Of a stretch of 32,000 bases of DNA, positions 1 to 9,397 are shown one piece after another (position 1 is the first letter of the stretch; the number at the start of each line of letters is the position of its first letter). Source of the stretch: Candidatus Paracaedimonas acanthamoebae (GTDB lineage Bacteria > Pseudomonadota > Alphaproteobacteria > Caedimonadales > Caedimonadaceae); NCBI GenBank assembly GCA_000743035.1, contig CP008936.1:780001-812000 (forward strand). The letters run 5' to 3'. The position numbers were made by a program, and so were the translations under genes. The notes below the pieces were generated by a model. That model ran no database searches. It saw only the letters and a program-made list of their open reading frames with translations, and was not told the origin of the DNA.

Positions 1-558
1 GAGACAAAGATTAGTTTCACTGGATGTTGGTTGGCGATTTCCTGGAGGGCGCCAAAAAATAATATTTGTAATATAAATAGTAGTTCTATCAAGTCCGATA
101 GCAGCAAACATACGATCAAGTAATTTTCCACTTAACCCCACAAAAGGTAAACCTTGTCGGTCTTCATCTGCGCCTGGCGCTTCTCCAATAAGCATTACCT
201 TTGCTTGGGGGTTTCCATCACTAAATACAGTATTTGTTGCTGTTTTTTTGAGTGGGCACTCATTATAGTTTTCAACAATAGTCCTTAATTCATGAAGTGT
301 TTTTGCCTGTGCTGCTAGATTCTTTGTTGATCCGGCATGAGGCATTAAATTGAAAGAGCTTTTCTCTTTATTTGGCATAAGTTTGTCCGTTTGATTAATA
401 ATAGGTTTTGCATTATTAGCGGCCAAATTATCCTCCTTTAATTTAGTCAATCTCTTTGAGGCGATTATTTTATTTGTTGGAGATGTCTCAAATACTTCAT
501 CAATGCCTAGCTCATAAAGAAATTTTAGAGTTTCGTAATCTTGCTTATTATTGTGCAT
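1..558 (-). CDS. Uracil-DNA glycosylase, family 4 (partial; C-terminus lies beyond the window edge)
   Basis: Not in the ORF track because it is truncated. My translation from ATG at 558 reads [23 protein letters not shown]...[32 protein letters not shown]...[18 protein letters not shown] and PFVG are family-4 UDG signatures. Its start codon directly abuts the aroK stop codon. Confidence 0.75.
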   Translation of the reverse strand, partial: MHNNKQDYETLKFLYELGIDEVFETSPTNKIIASKRLTKLKEDNLAANNAKPIINQTDKLMPNKEKSSFNLMPHAGSTKNLAAQAKTLHELRTIVENYNECPLKKTATNTVFSDGNPQAKVMLIGEAPGADEDRQGLPFVGLSGKLLDRMFAAIGLDRTTIYITNIIFWRPPGNRQPTSSETNLCL

Positions 559-1101
559 TCACTTCCAAAACCTTTCAGCCAACTCTTCTATAATTCTATC
601 TACTGTCAAGTCGGGAGCTTGATCATCACAGTCAATGTGAATATCTGCCTCTGCATAAATTGGATCATAACTTTCAATAAGATTTTTAAGGATCTCTTTT
701 TTATCCCCTTTTTCTAGTTGTGGCCTATGAGTGCGGCGTTCAACCCTTGGGAAGATCGTGTCAACAGAGGCTTTAAGCCAAATAGAATAAGAATTCTCTT
801 TTATAATTTTGCGTGTCTCTGGCATAATAAAAGCTTCAACACCAGTTGAGAGTACATGGGGGCGCTCCATTAATAAACGAGAAACAATGCGCCGTTCAGT
901 ATCTCGAAATGCTTGCTCGCCATACCAAGCAAAAATGTTAGCAACAGTTTGTCCAGCGGCAGCTTCAACCTCTTGATCCGAGTCTTTAAACTGTACTCCT
1001 AGCTGCTTTGAAAGCTTTTTTCCTATGCTTGTTTTTCCGACTCCCATCATTCCCACAAGGGTAAGAGTTTTTGGTAATATAATCAATTTCGACGTGCGCA
1101 T
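559..1101 (-). CDS. aroK: Shikimate kinase
   Basis: 180 aa. Walker A motif GMMGVGKTSIGKKL near the N-terminus, followed by DSD; size and layout are typical of AroK. Confidence 0.9.
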   Translation of the reverse strand: MRTSKLIILPKTLTLVGMMGVGKTSIGKKLSKQLGVQFKDSDQEVEAAAGQTVANIFAWYGEQAFRDTERRIVSRLLMERPHVLSTGVEAFIMPETRKIIKENSYSIWLKASVDTIFPRVERRTHRPQLEKGDKKEILKNLIESYDPIYAEADIHIDCDDQAPDLTVDRIIEELAERFWK

Positions 1102-1208
1102 AGTTTATACCTTATTCTTGTAGTGACGCACTCCGCGAATAAAACTTTGCGAAAGGCTTCTCTCTTATCGTATAGTATGGAAAAATATACAAGCAGGAGT
1201 TAATATAA

Positions 1209-1358
1209 ATGCGTGTCCCATTCAAAATTTTGTTGTTCATCCTACTTATACTATTCATAGGTGGTATTATAGCTCTTTCTGGATGGGAAATTCCAGCCCC
1301 TTCTACTGAGGTCAGAAAATCAATTTCCACAGATAAGATTTTTACAAGAACCAAGTGA
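1209..1358 (+). CDS. Small single-pass membrane protein (49 aa), hypothetical
   Basis: My translation reads MRVPFKILLFILLILFIGGIIALSGWEIPAPSTEVRKSISTDKIFTRTK. AGGAG lies 9 nt upstream of the ATG. Its TGA stop overlaps the xerD GTG start (GTGA). The track ORF 1112..1354 is antisense to it. Confidence 0.45.
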   Translation: MRVPFKILLFILLILFIGGIIALSGWEIPAPSTEVRKSISTDKIFTRTK

Positions 1359-2290
1359 AATATCTAAGTCAATTTTTAGAAAGTTTATCTGCTGAGCGAG
1401 GGTATGCTTTAAATACGCTTGAAGCCTACGCCAGAGATATAAAAGATTTTAATATATTTTTGAAAGGTAAGGTGTTGGAAGAAGTTAAGAAAACCGACAT
1501 CCAACAATACCTTCTTCATCTTAAAGAACGCATTATAGCATCTTCTTCGCGTGCAAGGAAACTTTCTGCTTTAAGGCAGTTTTTTAGTTTTTTAGTTGAA
1601 GAAGAAGTTATCTTTGATAATCCAACTCTCTTAATTGATTTACCGAAACAAGAGCGCCGCCTTCCAAAAACGCTTACTGAAGAAGAAGTTTTTGCATTAA
1701 TCGAAGCAACACGAGAGCTTGATAGTCGAGAGCGAGTTAGGCTTTCTTGTTTACTTGAGATTCTCTATGCAACGGGAATGCGAGTTTCTGAACTTGTAAG
1801 TCTTCACTTAAAGACAGCATTATTAGCTTTAAGAACGGCTCAAGAAAAGGGAGAGGCTTTTTTTATCATTAAGGGTAAAGGAAATGTTGAAAGACTAACC
1901 CCATTAACATCTTCAGCCATTAAGGCTTTAGAAGATTACTTAAAAGTAAGAGAAACATTTGAAGTCAGTGTTCATGGAAAGAAATGGCTCTTTCCTTCAA
2001 GAAGCGTTGAAGGACATTTAACTCGGCAAAGGTTTGGACAGCTCTTGAAGTCATTTGCTTTACAAGCTGGCATCCCATCCCACCGAATATCTCCTCATGT
2101 CATAAGACATGCTTTTGCAACGCATCTTTTACATCATGGAGCTGATCTCTTAAGTGTGCAAAAACTATTAGGACATGCAGATATTTCAACGACCCAAATT
2201 TATACTCATGTGATGGAAGTCCAAAAACAAAAACTTGTTTTTGATCATCACCCCTTGTCAGATGCAACAAAAAACTCTAGGAAAGCATAA
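1355..2290 (+). CDS. xerD: Site-specific tyrosine recombinase XerD
   Basis: N-terminal SAM-like region FLESLSAERGYALNTLEAYARDI. C-terminal catalytic box HVIRHAFATHLLHHGADLLSVQKLLGHADISTTQIYTH carries R, H-x-x-R, H and Y. GTG start. Confidence 0.9.
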   Translation: MKYLSQFLESLSAERGYALNTLEAYARDIKDFNIFLKGKVLEEVKKTDIQQYLLHLKERIIASSSRARKLSALRQFFSFLVEEEVIFDNPTLLIDLPKQERRLPKTLTEEEVFALIEATRELDSRERVRLSCLLEILYATGMRVSELVSLHLKTALLALRTAQEKGEAFFIIKGKGNVERLTPLTSSAIKALEDYLKVRETFEVSVHGKKWLFPSRSVEGHLTRQRFGQLLKSFALQAGIPSHRISPHVIRHAFATHLLHHGADLLSVQKLLGHADISTTQIYTHVMEVQKQKLVFDHHPLSDATKNSRKA

Positions 2291-2312
2291 TTAGTAAAGA
2301 GGAACTTTGATT

Positions 2313-3269
2313 ATGATGGTCTCATTAGATTTCGAAAAAAATATTATTGAGATTGAGCAAAAGCTAAATGAGCTTCGTCACCTTTCTCGGGCAGGTGATG
2401 TAAATATTGCTCAAGAAATCAATCATCTTGAAGAGAAGCTTAAAAAACAACTTCTTCAAATTTATACGCATCTTACCCCATGGCAAAAGGTACAAGTTGC
2501 CCGCCATCCAGACCGACCACACTGTCTTGATTTTATCCGGGAACTTATTGATGACTTTATAGAGCTTGCAGGTGATCGTAAGTTTGGGGAGGATCAAGCT
2601 CTGATAGGTGGTCTTGGAAGATTTAGAGGGCAGAGTGTTATTGTCTTAGGAACGGAAAAAGGTCACGATACTGATTCTCGTATAAGACATAACTTTGGTA
2701 TGGCTAAACCAGAAGGCTATAGGAAAGCACAACGTTTAATGGAGTTGGCTAATCAATTTCATTTACCAATTTTAACATTTGTCGATACTGCTGGTGCGCA
2801 TCCTGCCAAAGAAGCTGAAGAAAGAGGGCAAGCTGAAGCGATAGCACGTTGTGTAGAAACTCTTTTAATGGTGGAAGTTCCAGTCATTGCGACAATTACA
2901 GGTGAAGGAGGCTCTGGAGGAGCAATTGCTCTTGCTGCTGCAAATGAAGTTATTATGCTTGAGCATGCTGTTTATTCTGTGGTTTCTCCAGAAGGATGTG
3001 CTTCCATCTTGTGGCGGTCAGCAGATAAAAAACAAGAAGCGGCAACTGCTCAGCGGCTTACGGCCTTAGATTTAAAAGAGCTAGGCGTTATTGATGTGAT
3101 TGTTCCAGAACCTTTAGGAGGTGCTCAACGCTCACCTTTAAGCGCTATCACAAAGACAGGAGATGTGATCGAAGCGGCTCTTAGTAAATACATTGCTCTC
3201 CCTGGAGTAGAACTATGTACGCATCGTCGTAATAAATTCCTGACTATAGGGGAACATGAATTAGATTAG
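2313..3269 (+). CDS. accA: Acetyl-CoA carboxylase carboxyltransferase subunit alpha
   Basis: LDFEKNIIEIEQKL, ARHPDRPH, FVDTAGAHPAKEAEERGQAEAIA and GEGGSGGALA-like GEGGSGGAIALA are typical of AccA. The ORF opens at TTG 2307; ATG 2313 follows the AGAGGA RBS. Confidence 0.93.
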   Translation: MMVSLDFEKNIIEIEQKLNELRHLSRAGDVNIAQEINHLEEKLKKQLLQIYTHLTPWQKVQVARHPDRPHCLDFIRELIDDFIELAGDRKFGEDQALIGGLGRFRGQSVIVLGTEKGHDTDSRIRHNFGMAKPEGYRKAQRLMELANQFHLPILTFVDTAGAHPAKEAEERGQAEAIARCVETLLMVEVPVIATITGEGGSGGAIALAAANEVIMLEHAVYSVVSPEGCASILWRSADKKQEAATAQRLTALDLKELGVIDVIVPEPLGGAQRSPLSAITKTGDVIEAALSKYIALPGVELCTHRRNKFLTIGEHELD

Positions 3270-3280
3270 GTAGAAGGGCC

Positions 3281-3871
3281 TTAATCCTGGTTGGTAGCAT
3301 ATATTTCTTTTTTTGCAGCAAATTCAGCTTGCCGGATTGCTCTGATCTCTTCCAGCTTTCCTTGGCGTGCTTCAGGTTTTAAAAGGTGGATATAAAGGCA
3401 CCCATTAATGTGGTCTATCTCATGCTGAATTAACCGTGCAGCGAACCCTGCTGCCTCACCTTCAATTTTATTTCCATTTATGTCAAAACCTTCATAGTAG
3501 ATGTGTGTATATCTCTCTATCTCTCCCCCATAATCACTTACAGAAAAGCATGTTTCCCAATCAAGTGTTTTTTGATTTCCTATAGGTTTAAATACTGGAT
3601 TAATAAGAAGAGTTTCAGGTATGACGCTGGTTGCATCGACTCTATATTCTTGTACCTCTTCAGGAACACTGAATATAATAATACGTTTTGAAAATCCAAT
3701 TTGAGGTGCCGCCAGACCTGCGCAGTTTTCTTCATGACGAAATTGATAAGTTATTAATTCTATTATTTTATGGTCTTCTTCACTTAAAGGAAATGCTACG
3801 TCTTCTGCAGGTGTTGTTAAAATATTACGATTTTGACAATTTTCATCATTAATAATAACATATGGAAGCAT
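3281..3871 (-). CDS. def: Peptide deformylase (atypical motif 2)
   Basis: Motif 1 GLAAPQIG and motif 3 HEIDHINGCLY are present. Motif 2 reads ETCFS rather than the canonical EGCLS. 196 aa. Confidence 0.8.
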   Translation of the reverse strand: MLPYVIINDENCQNRNILTTPAEDVAFPLSEEDHKIIELITYQFRHEENCAGLAAPQIGFSKRIIIFSVPEEVQEYRVDATSVIPETLLINPVFKPIGNQKTLDWETCFSVSDYGGEIERYTHIYYEGFDINGNKIEGEAAGFAARLIQHEIDHINGCLYIHLLKPEARQGKLEEIRAIRQAEFAAKKEIYATNQD

Positions 3872-3954
3872 TTTCTTTTCTTGTGAAGTGAAATTAATTT
3901 TTGTGCAAGTTGATAGAAAAAAATTCGAGATTAGTGGGACAGATTACACTAAAT

Positions 3955-5199
3955 TTATTTTCCATTTTTGTTCTTCAAGATAATACGAAAATCTTTAACT
4001 TTAAGCCAAATTTTCTCAAAAATAACACACAAGGCACCGTTTGCCAACACATTAGAGGAGGTAATCAAAAAGTCTAGAAGTATATTTAAGGCTAAAAGGA
4101 CTGAAGACATTTCTGGGGTAAAACCTAAATATTTTTCATAAATAGGGATTAAAATAAAAATGGCCCCTCCTATCATACCTGCTGTGGTAAATCGAGCTAA
4201 TACATATACTATCATAAAAGGAAGCCAAGTGTTGAGCTCAGGAAAAGGAAAACCAAATTGTTTCAGAATGAGTAACCCAAAAAAGACATTTGCAATACAG
4301 TCCCCAATTTGTTGAATATTAGTGGTTGCTGGAATGATAAGGCCAGCAAATGATGGAACTTTGACATTCTTCTCAACGGCTGTAATTGTAAATGGCATTG
4401 TTGCAGCACTAGAGGAAGAAGTGAAAGCAATCAATCCTGCAGGCCAAATATTTTTGATCTGGCGCATAATCTCGTGGATACGAAAGGAGCCAGCAATGCT
4501 AAAAAGCAAAATAAGATAAAAAATAATTCCCAATAAAATAATTAAAAGAGCTAAGCCATAGTTTTCCGTAAGATTAGTTAAAAGTCCACTCTTTTGGATA
4601 TTTAGCAAGAATCCTAAAACCATCCCAGGAATAAGTTTTGCAAGAACTTTTGAGAAAATCACATCTATGCATTTTCTAAACCTGTAAAAAGTCTGCATTG
4701 CCAAAGTTCCTTTTCCTGTTGCAAAGAAAAAACCAACTAAGACACCCAGAAATGTACCCTTATCTACTGTATAAAACTGAGGGCGGAATTGTCCTAAGCT
4801 AAAATAAGGCAATAAGCTTTCAGCTTTTTGAAATGAGCTATTTAATAAGTTAATTTTATTATAAACAGTAAAACCAACACTGTAAGCATATGAAATGCTT
4901 AAGGTATTTGATAAGGCTTCAAAAATTAATAAAACACCAACAAGTAGAAACGCTTGTTGTTTAAGTCCTGCCAACATTGAAACGATGTAAGAAAATATTG
5001 CAATAGGTAAGATATACATCAATAAATCTCTGATAAGTAGGCTAAACGTATAAAAACCTCTTGAAACTGAGAGAGGTAAATGAGTGCCAAGCATCAAAAC
5101 GAAACAAATTGCAATAATTGTCTGAAGTGTTGTGTTTGTTAGTATCTTAAGTTTATTTAGGACTAAGATTCGATATCCTTGGGGTCCATTTTCTTGCAT
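3955..5199 (-). CDS. Dicarboxylate/amino acid:cation symporter (DAACS/GltP-like) family transporter
   Basis: Polytopic membrane protein with FTSSSSAATMPFT (SSSxATLP-like) and ATTNIQQIGDCIANV (NVxGD-like) motifs. The track ORF extends to 5265, but that overlaps the divergent galU start, so I prefer Met at 5199 (MQENGPQ...). Confidence 0.68.
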   Translation of the reverse strand: MQENGPQGYRILVLNKLKILTNTTLQTIIAICFVLMLGTHLPLSVSRGFYTFSLLIRDLLMYILPIAIFSYIVSMLAGLKQQAFLLVGVLLIFEALSNTLSISYAYSVGFTVYNKINLLNSSFQKAESLLPYFSLGQFRPQFYTVDKGTFLGVLVGFFFATGKGTLAMQTFYRFRKCIDVIFSKVLAKLIPGMVLGFLLNIQKSGLLTNLTENYGLALLIILLGIIFYLILLFSIAGSFRIHEIMRQIKNIWPAGLIAFTSSSSAATMPFTITAVEKNVKVPSFAGLIIPATTNIQQIGDCIANVFFGLLILKQFGFPFPELNTWLPFMIVYVLARFTTAGMIGGAIFILIPIYEKYLGFTPEMSSVLLALNILLDFLITSSNVLANGALCVIFEKIWLKVKDFRIILKNKNGK

Positions 5200-5231
5200 T
5201 TCTATCTCAAATCTATTAAAAATCTTCTCAG

Positions 5232-6140
5232 ATGAAAATAACTCAAGATAATATTTTGGCAACAAAAGTTCGTAAAGCTGTTTTTCCTGTAGGTGGTCTG
5301 GGAACTCGATTCTTACCAGTAACTAAAGCTATGCCTAAAGAAATGCTGCCTGTTGTTGATAAGCCCTTGATCCAATATGCTGTTGAAGAAGCTGCTGAAG
5401 CGGGAATTGAGGAGTTTATTTTTGTTACAGGTAGAGGGAAAACAGCAATTGAAGATCATTTTGACCACTCATTTGAGCTTGAATACACACTCCGCCAAAG
5501 AGGTAAGCAAGAAGAATATCAATCATTAAATTCTCTAATAAAACTTCCAGGAAGCATTTCTTATATTCGTCAACAGGAGCCTCTTGGGTTAGGACATGCT
5601 GTTTGGTGTGCTCGACATTTAATTGGAAACGAACCATTTGCAGTTTTACTTGCTGATGATTTTATCTACGCTCCTACTCCTTGTCTTAAGCAAATGGTTG
5701 ATGCTTATGAAAAAGGTGTTATGGTCGCGGTTATGGATGTTGAACTTTCTCACGTCAATCGATATGGAATTATCGATATTATGCAAGAACATCAGCGACA
5801 AGTAAAGGTTAAGGCGGTCATTGAAAAACCTTCTCCTGAGCAAGCACCTTCGCGCCTTGCTATTATTGGAAGGTATATCCTTGATTCAGAGGTTTTTGAG
5901 CATCTTGACAAACAAGAACGGGGCGCTGGAGGGGAAATCCAACTTACCGACGCTCTTTCGCCTATGATTCAAAAAATGCCTTTTAATGGATATCGTTTTG
6001 ATGGAACTCGCTATGATTGTGGTTCAAAAGGCGGCCTTTTAGCGGCAAGCATCGCTGTCGCTTTGAACCGAAGCGATCTTCGAGATGAGGTCTTGAATGA
6101 ATTATCAAGAGTTATACCCCATAGCATTAAGCCCGCCTAA
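5232..6140 (+). CDS. galU: UTP--glucose-1-phosphate uridylyltransferase
   Basis: VRKAVFPVGGLGTRFLPVTKAMPKEMLPVVDKPLIQY and the VEKP-like IEKP motif are classic GalU. An alternative TTG start at 5256 would give MATKVRKAVFPV. Confidence 0.92.
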   Translation: MKITQDNILATKVRKAVFPVGGLGTRFLPVTKAMPKEMLPVVDKPLIQYAVEEAAEAGIEEFIFVTGRGKTAIEDHFDHSFELEYTLRQRGKQEEYQSLNSLIKLPGSISYIRQQEPLGLGHAVWCARHLIGNEPFAVLLADDFIYAPTPCLKQMVDAYEKGVMVAVMDVELSHVNRYGIIDIMQEHQRQVKVKAVIEKPSPEQAPSRLAIIGRYILDSEVFEHLDKQERGAGGEIQLTDALSPMIQKMPFNGYRFDGTRYDCGSKGGLLAASIAVALNRSDLRDEVLNELSRVIPHSIKPA

Positions 6141-6155
6141 GCAAAGGAGAACAAC

Positions 6156-7499
6156 ATGCGTATTACAATAATCGGAGCCGGATATGTTGGGTTAGTTTCA
6201 GGGACATGTTTTGCTGAATTTGGGCATGAAGTAACGTGTGTTGATAAGGATGAAAATAAAATCCAATCTCTTTCTCAAGGAATAATCCCTATTTATGAAC
6301 CTAGGTTAGAGACTCTTGTGAAAGAGAATGCTGAAAGAAAAAGATTAAAATTTACAACAGATATTAAAGCGGCAATTAGCGAAGCTGATGTGATTTATAT
6401 TGCTGTTGGTACGCCGAACCGACGTGGTGATGGGTATGCGGATCTTTCTTATGTACACGAAGTAACAGAAGCGATAGGTCAATCTTTAAGGAAATATGCA
6501 GTCATTGCAACTAAATCGACTGTTCCTGTAGGAACAGGTCAAAAAATCATTACGCATTTAAAGCAAATAAATCCAAATTTAGAATTTGATGTTGTCTCGA
6601 ATCCTGAATTTCTAAGAGAAGGCTCGGCTATTGAAGATTTCATGAAGCCAGATCGTGTGATAGTTGGAGCCAATTCACCACGTGCAATAGAGCTTATGCA
6701 TGAACTTTATCGTCCTTTACTTATTCAAGAAGTGCCTATCCTTTTTACAAATTTAGAAACCGCAGAACTTATAAAATATGCATCCAATGCTTTCTTAGCT
6801 ACCAAAATTGCTTTTATTAATGAAATTGCGGATCTTTGTGAAAAATGTAATGCTGATATTCAAGCTGTTTCTAAAGGAATGGGAATGGATAAGCGCATTG
6901 GCGAGAAATTTTTACATCCTGGACCTGGTTATGGAGGTTCTTGTTTTCCAAAAGATACTTTAGCATTAACATTTACAGCAAAAGAGTTTCAATCACCTCT
7001 TTCTATTATTGAAACAGTTGTTCGCAGCAATAAGCAAAGAAAAGAATCTATAGCTCATAGAATTATAGAAGTAATGGATGGCTGTGTGAGTGAGAAGACA
7101 ATTGCTGTTCTTGGGGTTACATTTAAACCTAACACAGATGATATGCGAGAAAGCCCTAGCCTTGATATTATTCCTGCGCTTCAAAGCAAGGGGGCTAAAA
7201 TACATGTGTATGATCCACAAGGTCAAAAAGAAGGGCTTGCTTTGTTACCTGAAGTAAAATGGTGTTTGGACCCTTACACTGCAATAGAAGGAGCAGATTC
7301 ACTTGTTATTATTACAGAATGGCAAGAGTTTGGTGCGTTAGATCTTGCCCGTATAAAAAATTTGCTTAATAGTCCTGTAGTTATTGATTTGCGCAATATT
7401 TATCAACCGCAAGAGATGGAAAAAGCTGGTTTTACTTATTATTCAATTGGTCGTGCTTCCGTGAAGCCTCTTAAAAGTTCTTTAGTTAAAGCTGCTTAA
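6156..7499 (+). CDS. ugd: UDP-glucose 6-dehydrogenase
   Basis: N-terminal Rossmann motif IIGAGYVGL. Catalytic GGSCFPKD is present. 447 aa. Confidence 0.92.
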   Translation: MRITIIGAGYVGLVSGTCFAEFGHEVTCVDKDENKIQSLSQGIIPIYEPRLETLVKENAERKRLKFTTDIKAAISEADVIYIAVGTPNRRGDGYADLSYVHEVTEAIGQSLRKYAVIATKSTVPVGTGQKIITHLKQINPNLEFDVVSNPEFLREGSAIEDFMKPDRVIVGANSPRAIELMHELYRPLLIQEVPILFTNLETAELIKYASNAFLATKIAFINEIADLCEKCNADIQAVSKGMGMDKRIGEKFLHPGPGYGGSCFPKDTLALTFTAKEFQSPLSIIETVVRSNKQRKESIAHRIIEVMDGCVSEKTIAVLGVTFKPNTDDMRESPSLDIIPALQSKGAKIHVYDPQGQKEGLALLPEVKWCLDPYTAIEGADSLVIITEWQEFGALDLARIKNLLNSPVVIDLRNIYQPQEMEKAGFTYYSIGRASVKPLKSSLVKAA

Positions 7500-7502
7500 T
7501 AA

Positions 7503-8900
7503 ATGTGTGCTTTATTGAGCTCAAAAATTTTAAAAGCATATGATATCCGCGGAATTGTAAATGAAGAATTGTCGGAGACAGATGCATGGAATATTGGGAA
7601 AAGCTTTGGAAGTACTGTCAAAGATCATTGTGAAAAGCCTAAAATTGCCGTTGGTTATGATGGGAGGTTGAGCTCCCCAACTCTCAAAAAACGTTTAATT
7701 GAAGGACTCTTAACCACTGGTGTACATGTTATAGAAACGGGCTTAGGTCCCTCCCCTATGCTTTATTATGCAAGTCATTTTCTAAAATGCCATGCTGCTA
7801 TTATGGTTACAGGCTCCCATAACCCTTTTAATTACAATGGTTTTAAACTGGTTTTTGAGAATAAACCTTTCTTCGGATCACAAATTCAGTCTTTAGGACA
7901 TAGAATCGCTAAAAATGATTTTCATCAAGGTATTGGGACGTTAGACGTTTATGATATAAAGGATGATTATCTTTCATATTTGCTGAGTGATTTTTTAAAT
8001 TACTACTCTAAAGGAAAGCCTCTTAAAATTGCATGGGATGCGGGTAATGGAGCTACAGGAGAAATTTTAAAACTTCTCATTCAGCAGATTCCAGGAGAGC
8101 ATATTCTATTAAATGAAGTAATTGATGGGCATTTTCCTGCTCATGGGCCTGATCCTACAGATAAAAAAAATCTTATTCAGCTTCAAGAAGCAGTTTTACG
8201 AGAAGAATGTGACTTAGGAATTGCATTTGATGGTGATGGCGATCGCATTGGTGCTATTGATGATCAAGGTGAAATCATTTGGGGAGATCAATTGCTAAAA
8301 CTTTATGCTGAAGAAGTCCTTGCAGCTCATCCTGGCGCAACTATCATTGCTGATGTAAAAGCAAGCCAAACTTTATTTGATTATGTTAATACCTTAGGTG
8401 GAAAAGGGTTGATGTGGGCAACAGGTCATTCTTTAATTAAAGCCAAAATGGCTGAAACCAAATCATTATTAGCAGGAGAAATGAGTGGACACATCTTTTT
8501 TGCAGACCGACACCCCGGGTATGATGATGCGCTTTATGCTGCTTTGAGACTTATAGGAATTTTAGGAAAACGTTCCCACAAGTTAAGCGCTTGGCACAAA
8601 AATTTTCCACAAGTTTTTAATACTCCAGAAATTCGTATCGATTGCTTCCAACAAGATAAATTTGATGTGATTGATTCAATTAAAGCAATGCTTGATCATC
8701 AACAGCAAATTTATTTTGATTTAGATGGTATCCGTATGGCTGAAAAGCATGGATGGTGGTTATTACGTGCTTCTCATACCCAAGAAGCAATTGTTGCTAG
8801 GTTTGAAGCCAATAGTTTAGAGTACCTTGATAAAATGAAAGAAAAAGTTGGGAGTTATCTTCAACAATTTAATTTAACTCTTAATGAACACTTAACTTAG
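7503..8900 (+). CDS. Phosphomannomutase/phosphoglucomutase (alpha-D-phosphohexomutase family)
   Basis: Active-site loop TGSHNP, metal-binding loop FDGDGDR and sugar-binding GEMSGH are present. 465 aa. Confidence 0.88.
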   Translation: MCALLSSKILKAYDIRGIVNEELSETDAWNIGKSFGSTVKDHCEKPKIAVGYDGRLSSPTLKKRLIEGLLTTGVHVIETGLGPSPMLYYASHFLKCHAAIMVTGSHNPFNYNGFKLVFENKPFFGSQIQSLGHRIAKNDFHQGIGTLDVYDIKDDYLSYLLSDFLNYYSKGKPLKIAWDAGNGATGEILKLLIQQIPGEHILLNEVIDGHFPAHGPDPTDKKNLIQLQEAVLREECDLGIAFDGDGDRIGAIDDQGEIIWGDQLLKLYAEEVLAAHPGATIIADVKASQTLFDYVNTLGGKGLMWATGHSLIKAKMAETKSLLAGEMSGHIFFADRHPGYDDALYAALRLIGILGKRSHKLSAWHKNFPQVFNTPEIRIDCFQQDKFDVIDSIKAMLDHQQQIYFDLDGIRMAEKHGWWLLRASHTQEAIVARFEANSLEYLDKMKEKVGSYLQQFNLTLNEHLT

Positions 8901-8917
8901 TATAATTATTTATGAGT

Positions 8918-9355
8918 TTATTCTTCTAAGTGATCAGGCTCTAATAGAACGGTTTGAGAAGAAGAATTAGGTTGATAAAAAGAATTCGCAGGAAAACCAT
9001 CTATAAATGATTGAGCGTTTTTAAGAGCTTGCTGGTAGCTTGTGTATTGAGAAGTTGAAGCTCGCAGACATTTAGAAGCTTCAATTAAATCATTGCAATT
9101 TTGTGAAGCTCTTCCTATCATTTCATAAAAATTCTTTTGTTTTTCTTTTGGAATTGAAAATCTTTTTTGCCAAACTTGGTTAATTTGTTGTCTACATGTT
9201 AATGACGTTTGTTGAAGAATTTCTGTTGTTAATAAAGGGTGTTCTAAAGGAGGCGCCTCTGGTAAGAGGATTGCTGTTTCTGGTCCTTCTGTGGAGGAAC
9301 AGCCAGGAATGAATAATATAACTGTCATAATGCCTAAATATTTTAGGGTATTCAT
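8918..9355 (-). CDS. Hypothetical lipoprotein
   Basis: N-terminal signal peptide MNTLKYLGIMTVILFIPG|CSS with a lipobox-like IPGC. Three further Cys residues. No recognisable domain. Confidence 0.55.
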   Translation of the reverse strand: MNTLKYLGIMTVILFIPGCSSTEGPETAILLPEAPPLEHPLLTTEILQQTSLTCRQQINQVWQKRFSIPKEKQKNFYEMIGRASQNCNDLIEASKCLRASTSQYTSYQQALKNAQSFIDGFPANSFYQPNSSSQTVLLEPDHLEE

Positions 9356-9397
9356 AATTGATAACCTTTAAAAAATTATAATTAAAATAAACGTAAA

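Noticed and set aside
1112-1354. 80-aa ORF on the minus strand between aroK and xerD
   Set aside because: It is antisense to a better-supported 49-aa plus-strand ORF, which has an AGGAG RBS, a TM helix and coupling to xerD. It has no RBS of its own, its sequence is odd, and it would lie head-on in the xerD leader.
5200-5265. N-terminal 22-aa extension of the DAACS transporter ORF overlapping the galU start
   Set aside because: Divergent genes overlapping at their 5' ends are unlikely. The internal Met at 5199 still precedes the first TM segment.
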